Positions 40,452 through 50,914 of a stretch of DNA of 64,000 nt are shown piece after piece; the first letter of the stretch is position 1; every line of letters begins with the position of its first letter. The position numbers and the translations under genes were made by a program. Source of the DNA: Glaucostegus cemiculus (Eukaryota). The notes beneath the pieces are model-generated. The model searched no databases, was not told the DNA's origin, and saw only the letters and a program-made list of their open reading frames with translations. The DNA is taken from assembly GCA_976551045.1 (NCBI GenBank), contig CDPCPM010000142.1, positions 868,001 through 932,000 on the forward strand, read 5' to 3'.

Positions 40452-41378
40452 CAAAATTTTTAATGTTGAAAAATCTGGCAAAATGCAATAAGGCCATTTT
40501 GGTATAGTGTATTCCTGTGCATGGAGTTTGTTAGAGTGAAAAATAGCTTTGTAATACAAAGACACATACCCCAAAGTATAAATGATGCTATAGCATAAAT
40601 TTGTGAATTGAATATTTGTAAATCGTGGAATTTCTGTATGACTAGCATTAATGTATAAACAGGAACAGTCTGCTATGACAAATCAAGTGCTGCAGAGAAA
40701 GATGCAAACATCTGATTTAACATTACACTGCGACCCTGCCTAGCGATACCTCACAAAGCACTGATTCATTATAGCGCTCGTGGTCCTCCAGATGGAACAT
40801 TGACTGGTAAAAAAGGCATCCACTTGGTCTGTGCACTGTTCTGCTGTGAACTGGTGAGAGGCCCTGCCCTCTCCACTGTGCCAGAAACCTGGAGCCAATC
40901 TCTGTCCTCCACTCGTGCTCCCCTGGCAGTGAATCATCCAACAGCCTGGTGTGGAGAGGCTGCCTGTGAAGCTGGTGTTGAGCAGGCTGGGGTGGGTGGT
41001 GAGTTGGCACAGCACTGAGATGTGGTGCTCAGGGTTGCACCTATCGGGTATGGTGAGTGCCAGCCATTGCTGGGGACTGGCAGCAGCAGTTGTCATGTTG
41101 GACCTTGTGGAAGCTGCTGTTCACTGAGAGCTGTTGAACTTGTTATTGTAGAGGAATCTCTGGCAGGGGAGAGCCATGCACCCAAACAAAGAGCGGGGGG
41201 AAAGACAGCTTCCATCACATCCAGCTAGTGAAGATGAGAGAGACAGTAGGATCCAAGTGGTCTGTGAACAAATGGACCAGCTACTACTCATCTCCAGCAA
41301 TGACCCACACTGACTGTGCAGCCCCGAGCCTCACATTTCAACAACAACTGGATACTGTGCTTGCCCGAGCCAACCCAA

Positions 41379-41468
41379 CATCAGCCCTCAGAGGCAGCCT
41401 CTCCACATCATCAGCCCTCAGAGGCAGCCTCTCCACATCATCAGCCCTCAGAGGCAGCCTCTCCACAT
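41379..41468 (+). repeat. 30-bp tandem repeat x3, perfect
   Basis: catcagccctcagaggcagcctctccacat x3. Each unit contains the inverted repeat agaggc-a-gcctct. Confidence 0.97.
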
Positions 41469-42313
41469 TGAGCTGTGGGCAATTCCTTGCTGGGATTTGT
41501 GTCAGGTTCCCAGCACTGAAAGGGATATATCTCTCTATCTATAATGCTGTCAAAAACACCTTTTAGCAATGATTTCATTGGCATTCTCATTTCCTGGGAT
41601 CACACCCTGAGTGCTAAATGAGGAATTAGTATTTGGCAGTTTAAAATATGAAAATATTATGGCAGTAGAATTTCCTGTTCACTATGCCACACTGTTGTGT
41701 TACGTCTCTGCCACTTTTCATTTTGAGTAAATTTACTCTAAGAAAATTTCTTCCAATAATCTAGTTTGACAAAAAAAAATAAAGAAAACTCATAAGTCTA
41801 GAAGTTCATCCCTGGTCAGTAAAACATGCTGTGTGGCAGTGGCTGCATGTTTTACTCAGCTTCTAAAATCTGCTTCCACTGATGAAACTGAATTTTGGAA
41901 GCAGAGTAGAGTCTGCACCTGTTACTGTAAACCATGGTTAGTGCTGCTAATGGGAGATAAATTTTTTGGCAATTGAAAATGTACATGCAGTGGCAAAGAA
42001 AATGCCTTATTAGATCAGCAGTTATAATATCTATATCTTTTAACTTCAAGTATAACCTGACTCATTAGACTTTTGGGATATGAAGATCAATAAACTTGCA
42101 GCTGCTTTAAAACTTAAATAAAAACAGAAATAGTGGAAATATTAGCAGGTCAGGTGGCATGAGTGGCTTAATTGTATTTAAATGCAAACTTATTGCCATG
42201 TCAGTCAGAAAACCTTGAATCCACTTAAAGAAAAAGCTGGAGCATTCTGGCAGGACAACAGAATATACACCTTCACCTCCACTGTTCACCATCCCTCTAC
42301 TTGCAGCAAGAGA

Positions 42314-42944
42314 ATCTGTAATATCTGAGTCACCACGTGCACTATTACATCTGTAATCTGTAACATCTGTATCTGTAACATCTGTATCTGTAATATCTGT
42401 ATCTGTAACATCTGTATCTGTAACATCTGTAACATCTGTATCTGTAACATCTGTAACATCTGTATCTGTAACATCTGTATCTGTAACATCTGTAACATCT
42501 GTATCTGTAACATCTGTATCTGTAACATCTGTATCTGTAACATCTGTAACATCTGTATCTGTAACATCTGTATCTGTAACATCTGTAACATCTGTATCTG
42601 TAACATCTGTATCTGTAACATCTGTAACATCTGTATCTGTAACATCTGTAACATCTGTATCTGTAACATCTGTATCTGTAATATCTGTATCTGTAACATC
42701 TGTATCTGTAACATCTGTAACATCTGTATCTGTAACATCTGTAACATCTGTATCTGTAACATCTGTATCTGTAACATCTGTAACATCTGTATCTGTAACA
42801 TCTGTATCTGTAACATCTGTATCTGTAACATCTGTAACATCTGTATCTGTAACATCTGTATCTGTAACATCTGTAACATCTGTATCTGTAACATCTGTAA
42901 CATCTGTATCTGTAATATCTGAGTCACCACGTGCACTATTACAT
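42314..42944 (+). repeat. Compound 9/6-bp satellite (ctgtaacat / ctgtat) bounded by 37-bp direct repeats
   Basis: atctgtaatatctgagtcaccacgtgcactattacat occurs at 42314-42350 and 42908-42944, with the array in between. Confidence 0.97.
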
Positions 42945-43497
42945 ATGATCTGCCATTAACCATTCTATTGTTTCTCTGGCTAGAAACCCCAAGTCAGAGC
43001 CTCCTGATCCCTGATATCTTCACTTCTCTCAGAGTCACTGTCTGAACTGTTCGACCAGGAGTTTGCTCATGATGGTGGGAATGGTGTATTGGAGAGGCAG
43101 AAGAGAGATGAGTTGCTGCTGGCCATGTCTGTGCTCTGGTTGGAGAGTGATCTACTCATGCATGGCATCTCTCTGCTCATGCAGGAAAGCAAACTGCTGG
43201 TAGTGAACAGCTGGTGGCTCATGTGTGTCATCCGTTTTGCTCTTGGGGAACTGCAAGCTTCTCACAAGTTGCATCCTTGTGGTCACTGCGAACAGTAATC
43301 TGCTCAGGAGTGGCATCTCACTGCTTAGTCAGAACAGCAATCTGCTTGTAAGTGGCTTCTCCCGGCTCCGTAACACCAACTCCCTTGTGCCATATTGCTG
43401 TTCCTTCAGAGCACCAAGCTACTGGCATGTGGCAGAGGCCAGACCCCTTTAGTAGGGCTATGGTGAAGCATCCACAACCAATAAGCCAAAGAAATAA

Positions 43498-43712
43498 ACA
43501 CACTCACACGGACACACACACCTTTACACACACACACACCCCTNNNNNNNNNNNNNNNNNNNNNNNNNNNNNNNNNNNNNNNNNNNNNNNNNNNNNNNNN
43601 NNNNNNNNNNNNNNNNNNNNNNNNNNNNNNNNNNNNNNNNNNNNNNNNNNNNNNNNNNNNNNNNNNNNNNNNNNNNNNNNNNNNNNNNNNNNNNNNNNNN
43701 NNNNNNNNNNNN
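43498..43712. repeat. (CA)n-rich tract running into a 169-nt N-run (43544-43712)
   Basis: Seen directly. Confidence 0.9.
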
Positions 43713-43934
43713 ATCCATTCCCCTGTCCCACTCCCACCTCCCCAACCTCTCTGCTACATCACATCTACTCTCAACCCAACACTGACATTCAACGTATCCT
43801 GTTGGAAACAGTTTACTCAGCATCATTGAAGGTAAGACATGAGCCCTTAAACGTGCACTCCCCTGGCAATGTCTGTGCATGTTTGACTAAGTGTGGGGAT
43901 GATAACGCAGTGTGTCGTTGGTCTGGAATTCATT

Positions 43935-44095
43935 TTGACACATCATGTCAGATTATGAAATTCCTTCCGACACTGCTGTGTGGTGCAGGTCACTGCTGGA
44001 GGAGGCTACCTGTAGTCACCTGGCTCTTCAAGTGATGATCCTGGCAGTCACTCTGGCAACTCCCTCCTGGCCTCTATCTCGTCCACCAATGGAAG
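43935..44095 (-). pseudogene. Relic Myb/SANT-like (trihelix) DNA-binding ORF of a PIF/Harbinger transposon
   Basis: The minus strand translates LVDEIEARRELPE*...VTCTTQQCRKEFHNLT*CVK. This matches the LV.EVE.RR and RT..QCRKKF.DL motifs of Harbinger Myb-like/MSANTD proteins. Confidence 0.6.
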
Positions 44096-44179
44096 TGGAA
44101 CTACCAATCGCTGCATACTATCGTAGAACAACAGATGGAAAGATCACTTGAGATGCCCATCATCAGGAGCACAGGGGTT

Positions 44180-45540
44180 GAAGGTCATTGCTATCCAAAT
44201 TCCATTTACCATGGAATTCAACACCCAGGCATTAATCATCATCTCACAGTTGCTGAGTAAAAGCTGAGAAATTACAAGAGGAAATATGCAGCGTTGGAAG
44301 AGAGAAGAGTCCTCTAGTTGGAAATATGTCTGTTTCCATCATATAAGAGAAACAATACAGCACCCTACCCATCATCGTAGTGAAATGAGATAAAGAGGCC
44401 TTGAGAAGAAGAATGTGGTTGGATTCATTGAATCTAGATTGGAGTGAGAAAATTTGTGTTGAAGTGAAATTCACATCCAATGACAAGATAAAGAATTATC
44501 CAAGGGTTTTCAGTAAAACAGGATACCTTGACTTCAAGGATAGATTGAGAGTTGACTGGAAAGCAAGATCTGTTTGTTGCAAACCATCCCCAAGGCTTTA
44601 TAGTCTGAAAGGAAATGTAAAGCAAGAACAGGAAAGATTTGAATTTGAGAGCTTTGTTTTCAAGATTGAATAAAGTCATTAGGCTTTGTCCAGCGTTCTA
44701 GTGCATAAACCAGATGGTAGTTTAAAATATGTGGTAATTATTTAGTGACTTAATCAGTAAATGTAATCCATCTGATACTTTGCCAAATGTGGAAGATATG
44801 TTCACAATGTGGACAGGAGGCTACATTTTTTTTCAGTTAGATCTGGCAAATGCCTACGTGAGTTCAGTGAGCTGCCATTTGGTGTTTCTTCCTCCCAGGA
44901 ATTTTTCAGGTCACAATGAATCAAATTTTGCATGGAATTGAAATGACAGTATGTTGTCTGAATGCTTTTCTCATCACAGCACCAAATAGACAAATACGTG
45001 AAGACAGGCTGAGTGAAGTGCTTCAGTATTCGGAGAAGCATGAAGTATGTGTTGAAGCCCACAAATGTGAGATGTTTTAGCAACTGGTTGACAATACATG
45101 TTATCCATTATTGCAGATGATATCAGCAGGACAACCAACCAGGCCTCTGTTTTAGCCAAGGCACATGACTAGATTGCCATAGGTTGGCCAACTGGCATGT
45201 CAAACTCAAACAAAGATATTTGCTTACTCTTTATTCTGCAGAATGAATTGTCCGTTGACAAAGGATATGTCATGGTAGGAACCAAGAGTAGTGATTCTCA
45301 AGAAATACAGATCTCAGTTGTTAAAGGATTTGCACGATCAATACCCTGTGATGTATCTGACAGTCTAGTATGAAATTATCTGTGGCGTCTTGGGTTAAAT
45401 AAGGACACAGATGGAATAGTGTGTACATGTACCACAGGCCAGTATGTAAGCAAAGTGCTGAGCACTTTCACTGCACCAGTGGAAATGGCTTACTATTGTA
45501 CAGCACAGCTACAACGTAGAATCTACAGAGTTAGAATGTC
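44180..45540 (+). mobile_element. Decayed Ty3/Gypsy LTR-retrotransposon pol (protease, RT, integrase Zn finger)
   Basis: PFTMEFNTQA (cf. MEVDTGA), LPIIVVK*DKEALRRRMWLDSLNLDW, YPRVF, HKPDGSLK, and later LSVDKG..RVVI..LLKDLHD. There are many stops and frameshifts; no LTRs were recognised. Confidence 0.8.
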
Positions 45541-46838
45541 AGCATTTGTTCATCACAATAGGTATCCATTTGAAATAGATAGAGGAGTTCCCCATGAATC
45601 ACGTGAGATTCTTGAAAAAAATTGTGAAAATTCATGAGGAGAAATGGTAACTCTAATGCATAATAGCTGTGAACAATTATCATTCATTTGCCATGATATA
45701 CTAATTGTATGTACACGTATAAATGATCATTTGTCACTTTTCATCAACGAGAAAGAAGTGTATTAGCCCCATCTTGTGGCTGGAGGAATAAACTATTGTT
45801 CTGAACAGACGGACAAGGGTGGCCTTTACCGGTGATGCTGAGATCCCAAAACATGTATTAAATAGTCTTGGTCAGTGTGTAACATTGTGCCCACAATTAC
45901 TGTATCAGCTTCAAATACTTCAAATAAATGTGAATAGAATTAATTTGCAAGGTTTTAGTCTTTGGAGTGGTGTAGAAATGTGTAGGAATTTCCTTGGGTT
46001 CTGGTGAGTTCCTGATATTGTGTCTTCTGATTGTTTTTATCTGACTCTAAGATTGCTAATGAACTTAAACTAAGCACTGATAATTAGTGTCTGGTTTACA
46101 GCAATGAGATTTTCCATGTATTTAAATAAAATTTCGTTGATTTCAGCAGTGCTTGTCCAGGTTAATTCAGAATTTTGATTGCAAATCTCAAAGTATTGTG
46201 GCACACTTCACATTACTCATCTCTTTATTGAATATTTTTGTTTCATTCACATTGCGCATGAATTCAGGGATACCCAGGACAGGCAGTTGGGTATGCCAGT
46301 ACTGATTTGACAATTACCACACCAAATTAGGCTAAGTGCATCCTAGGCACCGTGTGACTTATGGAAAGGAAAACGAAACTAAACAGCAGGAAGAAACCAC
46401 CCATTATTTATGTTGTTTAAAGATATCCTCAACTATTTTCAGCTCTGCTCAGGTTCTGAAGGAGAGCAGAGTTGTCCCTTAAGTATTGAATAGAATCCTC
46501 TTGAACGCTGAGTTGCAGAATGCATTTTTAAGTATAAAAGAAAGGGAATTAAGTTCTCCTTGGAACATTTCAGGCAGCAGAAGTAGATGGATGCCATGTG
46601 TCTCAGTTTGCAGCTCACTGCAAGTGATGACATGGGCTGGCCACCATTTCCATGCTGGAGAGGAGGGGTCCAAACTCTGCATAGATGTCTGCAATGTTGG
46701 AATTGGGCTCCATGATATTTTGTGCAGATTTTTAAATTTCTTCAATCTCCTAGGCACTTGATGTGTATGACCATCAGCCTCAAACTTTTGGCAGCCCCAT
46801 CAAAGTTTCCATTTGAGTTCTCTGGAGTAGGTCATGTG

Positions 46839-46859
46839 CTCTCTCTCTCTCTCTCTCTC
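46839..46859 (+). repeat. (CT)10 microsatellite
   Basis: Seen directly. Confidence 0.9.
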
Positions 46860-47126
46860 GGTAAATGATACATGAGATTTCCTCATGACTCTGTTCTGGC
46901 GACAGGTTTCTTCTCACTGGTGATTTATGACATTCAGATCTTTCTTGTAAACTGTTCTGTATACACTGAGTGCCAAGAAAAGTGAAAGGGTGTCTCCACT
47001 TTTACTGTTTTTCTGTTTATCATCTGTCCTGGGACAATTAGTAGGTTTTGGGAACCAGAAGGGAGAAAGGTACATGCTTGTGATCATGATGAGGAAGGTA
47101 GCAAGTAAGAGGTGGATGCTTATAGA

Positions 47127-47378
47127 GGGCGACACAATAGCGTAGCGGTTAGCGCAACACTGTTACAGCGCCAGTGATCGGGGTTCGATTCCCGTCGCTG
47201 ACTGTAAGGAGTTTGTACGTTCTCCGTGTCTGCGTGGGTTTCCTCCGGGTGCTCCGGTTTCCTCCCACATTCTAAAGACATACGGGTAGGTTAATTTGGG
47301 TGTTAAAATGGGCGGCGTGGACTCATTGGGCTGAAAGGGCCTGTTACCACGCTGTAAATAAAATTAAAATTAAAAAAA
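47127..47378 (+). mobile_element. Full-length young tRNA-derived V-SINE with CR1-type tail
   Basis: Pol III box A tagcgtagcgg (47138-47148), box B ggttcgattcc (about 47182-47192), V-core gggtttcctccgggtgctccggtttcctcccaca, tail gggctgaaagggcctgtt and an A-rich end. Confidence 0.92.
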
Positions 47379-47967
47379 TCCCTTAAACTATCTGCATCTT
47401 ATAAATCAGTGGGGATTATGAGATCTGGGTAAAATGGGAAGTCAGAAGAAAGAAGAAATATTGAATATTTATGTATATTAATTAACATTATTTATAGTTA
47501 ACATATTACATCTATATGGAAGCAGCATTAAGTTAGGGTATAAAAATTATTTGTGATGGGGATGTACAAGATGGAGCTGTGTAGGACTGCAGTGATATAT
47601 TTTTTGGTAGATGTGATCTGATTTTTTTCCAGTACTTAATTGAGATCCTTGGATCCTCAGTTCTAGTGTGGACCACTTCAGCCCTTTCCTCCTATTCCTG
47701 CTTCGTGGCTAATGTGAAACGTTTTCCAGGCCCCTGGATGAGAAGAACCTCTCCATCTCTTCTTCACCTCTTCAACTAACATCTTGAGGATGGCATCAGA
47801 AAATAGGGGTACCCACTCCAGTATCTGCTATGCCTCAGTTTCAACTCTGTGTAGTGGCTTCTAGCAATAGTTAGAGGTAATGAACATTTCTCTGCAGTAT
47901 TCAGTCAGCCCTAACTATGTACTGATGCCCTAAATTACACCCCGATTGAACTAATTGGCTGATTGTT

Positions 47968-48256
47968 ATAATATAAGATATCCTTATTGGTCACATGTAC
48001 ATCGAAACACACAGTGAAATGCATCTTTTGCGTAGAGTGTTCTGGGGGCAGCCCGCAAGTGTCGCCACGCTTCCGGCGCCAACGTAACATGCTCTCAACT
48101 TCCTAACCTGTACATCTTTGGAATGTGGGAGGAAACCGGAGCACCCGGAGGAAACCCATGCAGGCACAGGGAGAACGTACAAACTCCTTACAGATAGCAG
48201 CCGGAATTGAACCCGGGTCGCTGGCGTTGTAATAGTGTTACACTAACCGCTACACT
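47968..48256 (-). mobile_element. Full-length young V-SINE with a different (non-CR1) tail
   Basis: The reverse complement has the same head and V-core, but the tail is gcgccggaagcgtggcgacacttgcgggctgcccccagaacac...gatgtacatgtgaccaataa. Confidence 0.92.
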
Positions 48257-48764
48257 TGGCGAGATGCTACAATTGTGTTAAAAAAGTGTGTTCACAGATT
48301 TCAGGAATGAATTGCATTGAGTCAAATTGGCAAGGGGTTTCTGATGCATCCCAATTCTAATGCTTGCTTTCAATGCTTTTGAATTTCTAAGCAAAGCAGA
48401 ATGGTGTGTGGTTGTCAGTTTCCCACAAGCAGATGTAATTGTTGAAAATAATTTTCTCTCATAGTAAAACTTTTATGCTCTGTTGCACAGAATTTCAATG
48501 CAATTCATGTAAATTTGCAGAGTTTTAAGCATAAGTTATATTCAGCACAAGTTTATGTGATGTCTTGTGCTTGTTTGAAAAAAAAATCATACTGGAATTC
48601 ACCCTTTCCCACAAAGCTGGCCATGTACCCAGATGAAATGAATCATCATTATCAGAGATAAGGTAGCCTTAGTGGTAATCGAAAAGCTAAAATTCAGTGA
48701 TGTCATTTTAAATCCCACATTCAAGATATTTAAATAATTAATTATGCAATCTATTAAAGTATCC

Positions 48765-48980
48765 CATGAAACTACCAGCTTATTGCTAAGGCCCACCTGG
48801 TGAACTCATGTCTTTTGGGGAAGGAGATATTTTTACTTAGTCTAGCCTTTATGTAACTCCAGAATCACGCCAAGTTGGTTGACTTTTAATATGCCAACAA
48901 GCCCATCATTTCAAGGGAAATTAAAGGCAGGCTATAAATGCTTGTTTGCAATAATATCCAAATCCCATGAAAGAATACAA
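48765..48980 (+). mobile_element. Old interspersed SINE/LINE-tail repeat (family not named)
   Basis: ctggtgaactcatgtcttttggggaagga..tatgtaactccaga..ggttgactttta..atcccatgaaagaata. A related reverse-oriented piece lies near 36335-36420. Confidence 0.45.
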
Positions 48981-49269
48981 AAATTGCACGTTTCCACCAA
49001 CTGATATTATTTGTAGACCTTTGTGTAAATTCCAAAATTAAGGTTTTTTTGATGCTGCTGGTAGGCATATTTTATAAGGTTGAGTGATTACTCAAAGCCA
49101 ATATAGCATGCAGGTCTGTAAAGTTTTTAAAGCCCTTTGTTATTTATTTACTTGTAGTTGGTGCACTAGGCAATGTTTTTTTGTTACATTAATTAGTTTC
49201 CTGATGTAAATATTATAAAGGTACATTTATGAAGCAAATTATATAAAACTATTAAATTAGAGTTGTTAA

Positions 49270-49735
49270 GAAGGGCAGAACAATGAAATTTAATCCTGAC
49301 AAATGTGAGGCGATGCACTTTTGGAGAACTAGTAAGGATGGGACCCACATAATGAAAGCAGGTCACATGGACTACTGAAGAACAGAGGGATCCTCAGACC
49401 TGTACACTAAACCTAAGGATCCCTAAATGTGGCAGCGCAGGGAGATAAGTTAGTGAAGGAGACATAAAGGATACTTGCCTTCATTAGCTGGCGCACAGAG
49501 TGTGGAGCAGGGAGTTATGGTACAATTTTATAAAACATCAGCTGGAGTACCATGTGCTGTTCTGGTCACAACACAACAGGAAGATTGCAGTGCCACTGGG
49601 AGGGTGCGGAGGAGATTCACCAGGATGTTTCAAGCCACAGACTAAGTGATGGTAAATCAGATTATGGTAAATAGATTCTTTATGGTCTCCCTGAACATGG
49701 TGGATCAAAGGACCTGTTTCTGTGCTGTATAACTA
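49270..49735 (+). mobile_element. Decayed CR1 ORF2/3' end
   Basis: atgaaatttaatcctgacaaatgtgaggcgatgcactttt (MKFNPDKCEAMHF), cagctggagtaccatgtgctgttctggtca, and a CR1 terminus near 49700-49735. Confidence 0.85.
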
Positions 49736-50162
49736 TATTTTAATTTGGTTTAATTCATTTTTCAAGATGTGACAACACTAGCATTTATTGCCCATTCCTA
49801 ATTGCCACTTCTGCAGTTCTCTTTCTAGTAGTGGTACTTTCATGATGTCATTGAGGAGAAATTTCCAGGCTTAAGAAGCAGTGACAGTGAAGAAACAACT
49901 GCCAATTGCACTGGTTCATAGCAAATTATATAATTAACAATATACAAGTGAGTTTGATCAGAAACTCATTTATGTCTGGATTGTTGGTTGCAGCCGTATC
50001 AGAAGTTCTATCTCTGAGGTTATTTGCTTTATACTGGTAAAGATATAACTGAAGAAACAGCATTGACATAAAGCAGTTAGTTCCTTGATCAAATTCTCAT
50101 TTACAGGAACCCAGCTATAACAGGATGATGTAATGTAGCACTATCATGTGGACAGGAGTGTC

Positions 50163-50910
50163 CATAGAACCATAGAACAATACAGCACAAAACAGGCCCT
50201 TTGGCCCACCAAGTTGTGCCGTCCTTCAAATGTCTCACAATCTAACTCTTTCCTCCCACATATCCTACTATTCCACATTCTTCCATGTGCCTATCTAACA
50301 ATCTCTTGAACCTGTCCAACGTATCTACCTCTACTACCACCCCAGGCAGCGCATTCCATGCGCCAACCACTCTCTGGGTGAAAAACTTCCCTCTGACATC
50401 TCCCTTGAACTTTCCACCCAATATCTTAAAGCCATGCCCTCTCGTCTTGACCATCTGTGCTCTGGGAAAGAGGCGCTGGCTGTCAACTCTATCTATTCCT
50501 CTCAATATCTTATACACCTCTGTCAAGTCCCCTCTCATCCTCCTCCTCTCCAACGAGTAGAGCCCTAGCACCTTAAGCCTCTCCTCATATTCCATACCCT
50601 CTAATCCAGGCAGCATCCTGGTAAATCGCCTCTGTACCCTCGCCAATGCCTCCACATCCTTCCTATAATGCGGTGACCAGAACTGAACACAATATTCTAA
50701 GTGCGGCCTAACTAGAGTTTTGTAAAGCAGCATCATCACCTCCCTGCTCTTGAACTCAATCCCACGATTTATAAAAGCTAACATCCCATAGGCCTTCTTA
50801 ACTGCCCTATCCACCTGCAAGGCAACTTTGAGTGAACTGTGGATATGAACCCCCAGATCCCTCTACTCCTCTACACTGCCAAGTATCTTACCATTTACCT
50901 CATGTTCTGT
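50163..50910 (-). mobile_element. Young 5'-truncated CR1 with uninterrupted ORF2 C-terminus (ORF 50242-50820, 192 aa)
   Basis: QVDRAVKKAYGMLAFINRGIEFKSREVM..LVRPHLEYCVQFWSP..TRGHGFK..FFTQRVVGAWNALP, with a (gttctatg)n tail. Candidate TSD tgtccat at 50159-50165 and 50908-50914. Confidence 0.96.
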
Positions 50911-50914
50911 CCAT

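Noticed and set aside
42286-42963. 225-aa Gln/Met/Leu/Ile ORF as a real protein or FOXP2 polyQ exon
   Set aside because: It is a by-product of 9- and 6-bp units, lies antisense to FOXP2, and is unlike the CAG/CAA polyQ exons.
43352-44035. Long ORFs spanning N-runs (also at 4415, 15039, 32390, 37678)
   Set aside because: They are open only because Ns translate as X.
47127-47200. tRNA gene
   Set aside because: The A/B boxes belong to the SINE head and continue into the V-core and LINE tail.
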